From positions 1 to 64,000 of the IMG/VR virus record IMGVR_UViG_3300046526_000409: a DNA stretch of 64,000 nt; one strand, 5' to 3'. Below, one piece after another: positions 1 through 7,660 of the stretch. The stretch comes from a virus (Duplodnaviria; Caudoviricetes). The notes beneath the pieces were generated by a model. The model was not told the origin of the DNA. It worked only from the letters and a program-made list of their open reading frames with translations, and did no database searches. A program made the position numbers and the translations under genes. The first letter of the stretch is position 1. Each line of letters starts with the position of its first letter.

Positions 1-59
1 GGCACCACGCATGGCGCCCCCGATCGCGCCCAAGATTCGGGCGCGATATGAGAGAGAGT

Positions 60-304
60 GACGCTACGGGTAACGGTGGCGGTACCTCTGTGTTAGCTCT
101 TGCCACCACGTATCCACGGACTGTCTGTCCCCATGCTGTGAAAGCCACGGACGTCCAGTCACGCGCATTTGGTCCCCTCCTATAAGAGTTCGGCGACAGT
201 AGGCAGACTTCACCCCTGTTGCATGCGCGCCCTATCGACACGTCGGTCGATAGTGAGGACCTCTCGGTCCCCGTGCAGAAACGTCGTTACCGTTCCCGTG
301 CGTC
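60..304 (-). ncRNA. Candidate ~245-nt multibranched structured RNA (or structured leader)
   Basis: Closing stem 304-291 with 75-60; internal stems 75-80/102-107, 119-123/156-160, 162-168/223-229, 232-239/246-253; GGACC-GAGA-GGUCC GNRA hairpin at 255-272 on the minus strand; no credible CDS. Confidence 0.55.
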
Positions 305-310
305 TATATC

Positions 311-372
311 CACTGTTGAGTTCTCAAACAACGACCGCTTCCTTTGTACTAACCCTCTCGGGCGTTCCTCCG
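311..372 (-). promoter_or_regulatory. rRNA-leader-like antitermination element (GAGA-loop hairpin plus boxA-like TTGTTTGAGAACTCAACAGTG)
   Basis: Minus strand reads CGGAGGAACGCCCGAGAGGGTTAGTACAAAGGAAGCGGTCGTTGTTTGAGAACTCAACAGTG, closely resembling actinobacterial rrn leaders as recalled. Confidence 0.7.
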
Positions 373-436
373 TGCGGTACTTCCTGCCTGCTTTCCGAGG
401 CTCCGTTTCCGGCGCCCCTTCCTGCTGACAAGGAGA

Positions 437-466
437 AAGCTACGGGGTGCGTAGCGGTAAGCACAA
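437..466 (-). promoter_or_regulatory. Putative principal-sigma promoter, leftward
   Basis: TTGTGC (466-461)-N18-TAGCTT (442-437), upstream of the boxA-like element. Confidence 0.5.
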
Positions 467-728
467 CCCCAATCCGCTTACTAGCTTGCTTCCGTGTGCT
501 GCGTAGCGTTCGGCACCCTCCGTGACCTGCGATGCGTGACCGGCAGTAGTTGATAACTACTTTCCGTGACCACGGGTCGCCGGCGACTCCGGTGTCCCTA
601 TATGCGCCTCTATGTCCGTTTCTCGCGCTGCTCGTCGGCATGCTCAGCAGCTGCTAGGCCGCTCGAAAATCGGGGGGTGCGTAGTGGTCGGCATGCTCCC
701 TACGGCATGCACCACGTAGGGCGTAGGC

Positions 729-945
729 ACGGCTCGCAGCGGCTCACGCTGCCTCGCTACGGCTCACGCTGCCTCGCATGCGCGCCATGCCTCACAGCGG
801 CTCACAGCGGCGCCTAGCGGCTCACGTTCGGCACGCTGCCTAGCGGCGCCTGTAGCGGCTCACAGCGGCTCACGCTGCCTCGCTACGGCTACGGCTCACA
901 GCGGTGCCCGTAGCGGCTCACGCTGCCTCACAGCGGCTCACAGTG
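729..945. repeat. Degenerate ~10-bp periodic tandem repeat (G[GC]CTC[AG]CNNN)
   Basis: Exact GGCTCAC at 741, 761, 799, 819, 857, 867, 893, 915, 935 with GCCTC[AG]C variants in phase. Confidence 0.9.
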
Positions 946-1828
946 GCGCCCGTAGGGAATCCGGGGGCAAGGGGAAGGGTCCGGCACTCTCCCCATACTC
1001 CCCATACACACAGTGAGGCAATGACTACGTTGTGCCATGCTGCGCCGTGCGCACGCTCGGTAGCCAAGAAAGGTACTTTCGCTACTTTCTGCTATGCCGG
1101 CTCTCTGTAACTGCTGACATAGGTAATCCTAAGTAGCTGACGCCTCATTGGTATAGTGCGCCCCCTTGACCGGCCCATGCCTGTGACCTGCGCATATACA
1201 CGTTGAGTAACTCTCTGCGTATCTGACGGTCCGTTTGTCAGGGGGTGGCCCCACGGCCCCGCAACCCTGGGTTGACAGTATCCGTTTACCGAGCGTGACT
1301 ATCGACTTTATGCAGAAAAAGGTGCTGCAAAGGGGTTGACGTGCGCCCTGGTGACACTTTCTCAGTTGGCCCGGCGGGGTTTCCCCAGTTCAGGCCGTAC
1401 CCAAATGGGAATTTGGGAGTAACCCATAAGGTACGAAGACCGGCAGGTGTCACGTACGGGGTGAAACGGGCACGCGCGCGTGCATGAAATGGTATGCAAG
1501 ATCACGCATATTTATTGGTTGGAACGGAAGGGGCGAAAAGGACACCCCCACCCTTAAACGGGCAAAGCCGGCTACAGGCCCCTGATGTGTCATGTAGCCA
1601 CCAGGTTGAGCAAGTCGGACAGTAGCCGTCCGTGACTGGGGTGGGTTTCGCGATTTCGTAGACACAGAGCTACGAAAGTCGTCGAGATGGTCACGCTGGG
1701 CAGTTTCGCACCTGAATGCCGGCGGCGCTGTCGAGTCGGGCAATACGGAGCGTTATTGTGGCGTGCGTCACAGGACAAATGACCGAAAAGGTCGGTGCGC
1801 GCAGGCAGGGCCGGTTACGGTTCCGCGC

Positions 1829-2287
1829 ATGAAGATCCGAAGATGGGCTGCTGTGGTGGCCGTGGGTGGGGCATTGATCGGGCTGGCGGGCTGTGGGGAC
1901 AGCGGTAAGCCGGCGACTACGAAGGCGGCAGCGAAGCCGGCAGCGAGTCTGCGGCCGTCGGTGCAGCCGGGGGACATGGTGAAGTCGACTGAGGCGTCTC
2001 TGGCGCTGAATCAGTTGCTCGCGCGGGATGGCATGGACGTCTGCTCCAGCTATGACGAGTGCAACTGGTTCGTGACCTTGATCCGGGACGACGTTCGCGA
2101 CGTCCAGGTGGCGGTCGTGGTCGAGGTCGGCAGCGATCCGTACTACCAGGACGTTGTGAAGACGGCCACCGCCATCATGGAGGAGGCGGACGCGAAGCAG
2201 GCGGCGCCGTCCGATCTGCACGCGTCGGTGTACGCGAAGGCGCAGACGCTCGACAAGAAGCTGAAGGCAATCGGCCTGGAAGGCTGA
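1829..2287 (+). CDS. Putative lipoprotein
   Basis: MKIRRW, hydrophobic stretch, lipobox LAGC. Confidence 0.8.
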   Translation: MKIRRWAAVVAVGGALIGLAGCGDSGKPATTKAAAKPAASLRPSVQPGDMVKSTEASLALNQLLARDGMDVCSSYDECNWFVTLIRDDVRDVQVAVVVEVGSDPYYQDVVKTATAIMEEADAKQAAPSDLHASVYAKAQTLDKKLKAIGLEG

Positions 2288-2305
2288 GGAGCTACGGTGC
2301 GGCGC

Positions 2306-2578
2306 ATGAAGATCCGAAAAGGTGTGACCGCGGTGGCCGTAGGTGGGGCACTGCTCGTTGGGCGTGTGGTCCAGATTGCTGTGGCGCGGTCGAACGGTGC
2401 GAGCGCAGGTCCCCGTACTAGGACGATGTGGCGCTGGCGCTGTGAGTGCGGCGGCAAGTCGCGTTATAGCGAGACGTCTGAGTTTCTCGCGCAGTGCAAC
2501 GCCGACAGGCACACGCTTCGCAAGCCCGTGGGACATCCGAAGCCGGAGGTGTACTCCGCCGAAGAGGAGATCGAGTAG
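2306..2578 (+). CDS. Small hypothetical protein; N-terminus duplicated from the upstream lipoprotein gene
   Basis: MKIRKGVTAVAVGGALL; WRWRCECG...H motif. Confidence 0.6.
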   Translation: MKIRKGVTAVAVGGALLVGRVVQIAVARSNGASAGPRTRTMWRWRCECGGKSRYSETSEFLAQCNADRHTLRKPVGHPKPEVYSAEEEIE

Positions 2579-2800
2579 GTCGGAGCTGATCTGCCGACGC
2601 GACGGACCGTAGGGTGCCGGCGCAAGGACAAAGAACTGAAAAGGTCGGTGCGTGCAGCCGGCGGAGGCTAGGCTCCTGGCTGGTCGTCCACCGCATGGCG
2701 AGTCTCTGCTGATGGCGTCCAACCGACGAAGAAACCGAAGGCCCGTAAGGCTGTTGTCCCTGTTGGCGCGGGGAGCCATGCGGGTCTTTGGCGTTGGTGA

Positions 2801-2977
2801 CTAGCTCTGCGGCGATGTGGGGAGCTTGGCTGCGCAGACGTTGCACAGCGGGCTTGAGGGCCTGTCGCTGGCGGGGCCGTAGCGCTGCGTCTTGTTCGAG
2901 CAGCGAGCACCCTGGCACGGTCCGATGCCCTGTGTCGGGGGGATGTAGGTGATCTCTTCAGGCGCAGGCATGGTCAT
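2801..2977 (-). CDS. Small Cys-rich (Zn-finger-like) protein
   Basis: CQGARC...RYG...PLCNVC. Confidence 0.55.
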   Translation of the reverse strand: MTMPAPEEITYIPPTQGIGPCQGARCSNKTQRYGPASDRPSSPLCNVCAAKLPTSPQS

Positions 2978-3036
2978 GGCGTCCTGTTCGTTCTGGGGTT
3001 CTGGGGTTCTGCCAGCGTACGGCGGCCGGCGGGGAT

Positions 3037-3396
3037 TTAAGGGAGGCCCAGCTCGGTGTCCGGCCGGCACAGGGTGCAGGCGGTGAGTCCCTCGGTGAGC
3101 GCTCGTAGGGCTTGCTCGCGCGTGATGGCGGAGACGCGGGCGCCGCTCGGGTTCGAGCCGAAGCACTCGCCAGTGTGGATGGCGGTGGGCTTGCCTCCGA
3201 CGCTCTTCTCCAGGAGCCAGTCGGCTGGTGGCGGGCGTCGTTCAGCGGCGCGTTGGTGAGCCTGCTCGCGCTGCATCTCTCCTTGGATCCACGCGTCGAT
3301 CTGTGCGAGCTGCTGGAGGGCCTGCTGCTCGACGACACGGCGGGTGAACATGAGGGTCTCCAGTCGGGACATCCCCGCTCCATCGTTATCGCTCAC
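3037..3396 (-). CDS. DUF6233-family protein
   Basis: WLLE...IHTGEC...ITREQALRAL...ACTLCRPDTELG pattern. Confidence 0.75.
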   Translation of the reverse strand: MSDNDGAGMSRLETLMFTRRVVEQQALQQLAQIDAWIQGEMQREQAHQRAAERRPPPADWLLEKSVGGKPTAIHTGECFGSNPSGARVSAITREQALRALTEGLTACTLCRPDTELGLP

Positions 3397-3404
3397 GCGT
3401 TCGA
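3389..3404. promoter_or_regulatory. Possible LexA (SOS) box over the DUF6233 start
   Basis: TCGCTC-ACGC-GTTCGA vs actinobacterial TCGAAC-N4-GTTCGA (2 mismatches); TATTAT -10 adjacent on the minus strand. Confidence 0.4.
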
Positions 3405-3546
3405 TAATACGACGGTGGTGCCTTTCGGGGCGATCGTGGGCGGCTGCTCGTGTTCGATCGGGTCCTGTGTCGGTTCGGTCACGGTCTTTGTGGTCGAGTA
3501 AGTGGCCTTGAGGCAGGGGCAGTACGCCTCGGCATACCTTCCGCGC

Positions 3547-3975
3547 ATGAGCGATGAATTGCAGATCGAGCAGGACCGCGCATTGGTCGAGCTGGCCGCG
3601 GCGAAGCTGCTGAAGACGTCGAGTGCGGCTGTGCAGGAGAAAGGCCGGCGGCGGTACGTCCAGTCGCAGACGCGGGGGAGCCGTACCCCTGTGGTGGTCG
3701 ACGACGTCGAGAAGCCGAGCTGCGTGATCGAGGTGTTCGCGCCGCGCTATGAGTTCGTCCTGGAGCACCTGGCGCTGATCGGTTCGCCGGCGCTGGGCTG
3801 GACGGTGGCTGTGTGGCTCGGGACTGTCGTGACGCGTTGGGATGTGGCGGCTCGCGAGGAGCGGGGTGCCGCGGTGGAGGTTGCGGCGGAGCTGCTGAAG
3901 TACCAGAAGCGGGATTTGGGCTTCGGCCGGCATCAGTGGGTGCCGATCAGGGCCGCCGTGGATGAGGCGGCGTGA
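3547..3975 (+). CDS. Hypothetical protein
   Basis: ORF with Streptomyces-like codon use, leaderless-type start. Confidence 0.65.
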   Translation: MSDELQIEQDRALVELAAAKLLKTSSAAVQEKGRRRYVQSQTRGSRTPVVVDDVEKPSCVIEVFAPRYEFVLEHLALIGSPALGWTVAVWLGTVVTRWDVAAREERGAAVEVAAELLKYQKRDLGFGRHQWVPIRAAVDEAA

Positions 3976-4047
3976 GAAGTCAAAACAGGTAGCGGGCCTG
4001 CGCTCGGTGGTGGATCCTGATCTGTTGCCCATAACGAGGAGTACCGC

Positions 4048-5364
4048 GTGGAGATCCAGTCGCTGGAGCAGTTGCAGGCTGCCGACCGCACATCGCTTGC
4101 CTTCACCCCTTATGGGCTGGGGCAGATGGAACCTGGAGACGCCGCGCGGTTCCAGCAAAGTCAGATTGCCTCGTGCAAGTTGAGCACTGATGTCCCGGAG
4201 CGGACACGCGGAGCGTTCGAGGAACTCACGAAGCTCTTCGCGCAGGGCGTCTTGTGCTACAGCCTGTACACCCGAGTCCAGGACGATGCGGTGCTGCGGC
4301 TGGAGGGCGCGTTGCGTGACCGGTTCGTCCAGTGGTGCGGCGGCTCGGTGACGTTTGAAGACGTGGCCGGGACGCTGCCTCCGTATTCAGTGGACGTGGC
4401 CACGCCGCAGTCAGTGAGTGACGCTTGTAAAGGACTACCCAAGGGGAGCAGGGCACGTAGGCCGAAGTGGCGCCTTCGGGTCGGCGGTCAGTTGATCTTC
4501 TTCAATGGCATGCTGAGCAGCCTGATGAGCTGGGCCCGTTGCGCGGGCCTGTTGCGCGGCCAGCGGGCACGCAAGGTGGAGTCCCTCCTGGTGGAGCGGC
4601 GTAATTCTGTGGCTCACGGCGACTCTCACATCGACACCCCCGTGGCGGCGGCACGGGCGCTGCGCGATCTTGCCGAGTTCATCAACCAGCTCTGGGGACA
4701 TCCGACTCCGGGTGGCCGGCTGTATCCCGCGCAGGTCCCTCGGGAGGTTGCCGTGCTCGCCTGGGACGGCGCCGGCAGCATCTCTCTTGGTTCGCCTGAG
4801 TCTGTCGCCGCCGACGAGGGCACCGAGGGGTACAGCCATGTCGTTGTCCGTTCGGCGTCCGCACCGGGCATGCAGGTGGAGGACTCGCACTGGATGGAGT
4901 TCGACGCACGGTTCGAGACGACGCAGTACCCCACGGAGCATTTGTGGGGGCCGGTCAGCCGTAGCGAGGCCGTGGCGTGGCTGGATGCCGAACGCCCGCA
5001 GGGTGACAGCGTGGAATTCCTGGACCGGGTCTTCATGGTCCGGTCCGTCGGGGACCAGGTCTACCCGCCGATGCGGCCGGAGGTCGTCGCCGGATTGGAC
5101 AGCGCCCTCTGTCAGGGAACCTGGCACACGCTGCGCGCTGACTTCCCGTTGGACGCTTTTAACCACGTTCGCGGTGGCATCGATCGGTCATCCGGGCACA
5201 CCAGGCGGCCAGGGGACTGCACCGCGTGTGCTGTCCAGGAACTGGGCAGGGGAACTCACGCCGAGGCGCTAGGCGTGGCAGAAGCGGTACTCGGCACGCT
5301 CAGTCCTGTACGGCCCCACACCGTTCACATCCCGGACTCGATCCACTGGCCAATCCGGTTCTGA
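4048..5364 (+). CDS. Hypothetical protein with HEPN-like RxxxxH motif
   Basis: 438 aa; helical N-half ending ERRNSVAHG; RBS GAGGAG. Confidence 0.75.
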   Translation: MEIQSLEQLQAADRTSLAFTPYGLGQMEPGDAARFQQSQIASCKLSTDVPERTRGAFEELTKLFAQGVLCYSLYTRVQDDAVLRLEGALRDRFVQWCGGSVTFEDVAGTLPPYSVDVATPQSVSDACKGLPKGSRARRPKWRLRVGGQLIFFNGMLSSLMSWARCAGLLRGQRARKVESLLVERRNSVAHGDSHIDTPVAAARALRDLAEFINQLWGHPTPGGRLYPAQVPREVAVLAWDGAGSISLGSPESVAADEGTEGYSHVVVRSASAPGMQVEDSHWMEFDARFETTQYPTEHLWGPVSRSEAVAWLDAERPQGDSVEFLDRVFMVRSVGDQVYPPMRPEVVAGLDSALCQGTWHTLRADFPLDAFNHVRGGIDRSSGHTRRPGDCTACAVQELGRGTHAEALGVAEAVLGTLSPVRPHTVHIPDSIHWPIRF

Positions 5365-5651
5365 TGAGACGTAGTGCGTCCGCCGGCCGGCGGTAGACCA
5401 GATCCGGTACGAACGTTTGCAGCGCAACAGCACCGAGGCGTTGTCTGTGGTGGATTGGGCGGCTCGGCCGGCGATGCGTGGCCGAAAGGTGCGTGGGGAC
5501 GTCTGCGAGACCTCGTGTGCAGACGTGACCGCGGGGTGCAAGCGATTGCGGACTGACGTATGAGTTGCGCTTTACAACCAGAGGGATTTAGACCTCTGTG
5601 AGGATTGTGTGAACCAGCAGGTCAGCTCCTCCTTACTGCCGGTATGAGGAT

Positions 5652-5732
5652 CCTCTGAGGTTGGTCTCGCGAGGGTTAACGGATGATGAACGAGCCTCGT
5701 TCAAGTGACGCTCGTCACTACAACCTCAGAGG
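5652..5732. repeat. 12-bp perfect inverted repeat
   Basis: CCTCTGAGGTTG (5652-5663) / CAACCTCAGAGG (5721-5732). Confidence 0.8.
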
Positions 5733-6018
5733 GTCTCGTGCGTCCCAGTGATCACTGTGCGGTGGCTCAATCAGCACTGTGCGTGGCATATGCCCACGTC
5801 AGGTGACGGTTACCGGCGGACACACGGCGAGGTGACGCACGAAGAGTTGAGCAAGACTCACATCTGCTTCTGTGGCACAAGAAGATCCACAAGATGGTGA
5901 ACAAGTCGTGTGGGTGGTACATGTGGAACCCGCCGTTCGGGTAGGCCGACTGAACGGCTGGTCAGTATCAGTCCATACGGGCGTTCGAACGTTCGTAAAT
6001 CGGGGTGGGGTGTGCGCC

Positions 6019-6270
6019 ATGACGTTGGTCGCCGGGGTGGAGGACTCGGGAGCGGTCCCGGTCCTGAAGGCAAGTGTCTTCATGCGGCAGGCGCCGTTTG
6101 TGCGTACTGACGAGGACGTTCCTCATGAGGGATCGATCCCTGATCTGTACGGGCTTGAGGCCGAGGCGGCGATGGAACAGGCCATCGAGCAGGGGCTGTT
6201 GCGGTGGTCGGTGAACCTGAAGACGGGGGAGACGGTGCTGACGCGTTCTAATCGTCAATCGAACACCTGA
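6019..6270 (+). CDS. Small hypothetical protein (start uncertain)
   Basis: 3' part of ORF 5872..6270. Confidence 0.4.
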   Translation: MTLVAGVEDSGAVPVLKASVFMRQAPFVRTDEDVPHEGSIPDLYGLEAEAAMEQAIEQGLLRWSVNLKTGETVLTRSNRQSNT

Positions 6271-6446
6271 TTGGTTTGTGACTCACCAGGCTTATCTTGT
6301 GGCACAAGTAGGCGAACAAGTTGACCAACTCGTGGTCTATAGTGGCGGCCATCGCTGCAATGTAATGAGTTAGGTCCGCAACGAGCGGGACACCTTGACG
6401 AACTTTCGCCGCCTTCGGAATGCGGGCGGCTACGGAAGGAGCGCTC

Positions 6447-7088
6447 ATGGCTACTGAAAAGCCACGGTGCACCCGGCTAGTAGGCCATGACGGCTCCGGC
6501 CGAGAGATCAACTGCGGTAAGCCGGTTCCCGGCCGACCGCTTCATATCGAGATCAACGGCGCGAGGGCACTCGACCTCGTTCTGTGCGGCGAGCACAAGG
6601 CGGAGTGGTACGAACACAACGCGCCGTACTTTGACAGGGCTCAGGCGGCGAAGGTCGCGCTGGAGAAGCTGTTCGAGGACCACGCCGGCAACCTCTTCAC
6701 CACGGCTGAGATTCGGGCGTACCTGCGCGCCAGGCTGCATGAGCGCGACGACCTTTTCCGTGACCGCAAGGAGCGGGAGTTGGTCGCGGCTCTCCAGGAC
6801 CGGGGCAAGCTCAGCTTCGCCGTGGAGGACCTGTTCAAGGAAGTCCGGCGTCGTGAGGAGGAGCTGGAAGGGGGCGACTGGGAGGACGTCACCCCCTCGA
6901 AGGTCCGAGAGTTCCTTAATACAGCGTTCGACCACAAGGACGACAGGCTCTCTCCACAGGACATGCGTTTGATCGCCAGCATGCCGGGGACGGGTATGCC
7001 TGCGCAGCCTCTGATGGAGCTGTACGCCCGGCTCCGGCGGTCGGACCGGGACCGGTCCACCACGGACGATCCGGCGGTGCACTCGTGA
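6447..7088 (+). CDS. Lsr2-like nucleoid/regulatory protein
   Basis: N-terminal EING..LDLVLC..H...PY dimerisation-like segment; EIRAYL...DRGKLS...LF DNA-binding-like segment plus a second degenerate copy. Confidence 0.6.
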   Translation: MATEKPRCTRLVGHDGSGREINCGKPVPGRPLHIEINGARALDLVLCGEHKAEWYEHNAPYFDRAQAAKVALEKLFEDHAGNLFTTAEIRAYLRARLHERDDLFRDRKERELVAALQDRGKLSFAVEDLFKEVRRREEELEGGDWEDVTPSKVREFLNTAFDHKDDRLSPQDMRLIASMPGTGMPAQPLMELYARLRRSDRDRSTTDDPAVHS

Positions 7089-7140
7089 CGTTATTACGGG
7101 GCCGCGCACGCGGCTTCCCGGACCTGGAGTTGACCTAACT

Positions 7141-7184
7141 CAAGAGGGGCTGAGCACTCGGAAGTCCGAGGCCGGCCCCTCTTG
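7141..7184. terminator. Hairpin/terminator
   Basis: CAAGAGGGGC...GCCCCTCTTG inverted repeat. Confidence 0.6.
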
Positions 7185-7215
7185 CTATTTCAGCGAGTTG
7201 CAAGGAGCGCAGCGC

Positions 7216-7491
7216 ATGGGTGAGTACTTCACGGAGCAGTCCTCGGCGTTCGACCGGACTGTTGGCCACGGTGCGGATGCCTGGCACCGGTTGGATCGTG
7301 AGGAGCGGGCTGCGCGGCAGGAGAGGTCCGGAAGGCGCCGGATGGAGGCTCGCCGGCGTAACTCGCACAGCAGTCGAGTGCAGACCGTGGTGAAGGTGTG
7401 GCCCGAGGTGATGGCGGCGGCTATGAAGGCGGCCGGCGGGGACGCGAGCCGGCTGCGCATCGTGAGCGACACCGAAGTGTGGGTGCACTGA
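7216..7491 (+). CDS. Hypothetical protein
   Basis: RBS AAGGAG; ORF. Confidence 0.65.
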   Translation: MGEYFTEQSSAFDRTVGHGADAWHRLDREERAARQERSGRRRMEARRRNSHSSRVQTVVKVWPEVMAAAMKAAGGDASRLRIVSDTEVWVH

Positions 7492-7510
7492 CCAGGGAAA
7501 GACTTCATTC

Positions 7511-7543
7511 CAACAACTTGTGCCACAAGTTGTTCCTCTTGTA
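7511..7543. promoter_or_regulatory. 12-bp-periodic operator-like repeat (CAA[CG]TTGT[TG]CCA); also at 5871, 6296, 49981, 52331, 58423
   Basis: CAACAACTTGTGCCACAAGTTGTTCC, upstream of the recombinase. Confidence 0.7.
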
Positions 7544-7660
7544 GGCTCGGGGTGTTACCGAGAGCGCTGGGCAGCGCGGACCGGTGACACTCCGGGCCTT
7601 CTTGCTTGGCGGGCACCAAGCGCCGAGGGCCTCCACCGACCGACCGGAGGAAGGCACCCC

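Noticed and set aside
1-60. Streptomyces linear-replicon telomere (terminal hairpins)
   Set aside because: No archetypal CCCGCGGAGCGGG end or series of GCA-loop palindromes; the window start may be arbitrary
1-310. 16S rRNA gene expected after the boxA-like leader
   Set aside because: No AGAGTTTGATC or other 16S sequence on the minus strand within the window
729-945. CRISPR array
   Set aside because: Units are ~10 bp, degenerate, have no unique spacers, and no cas genes are present
5361-5385. Hammerhead ribozyme (CTGATGA + GACG/CGTC stem)
   Set aside because: The required GAAA after stem II is absent (CGCC); the TGA is simply the stop codon
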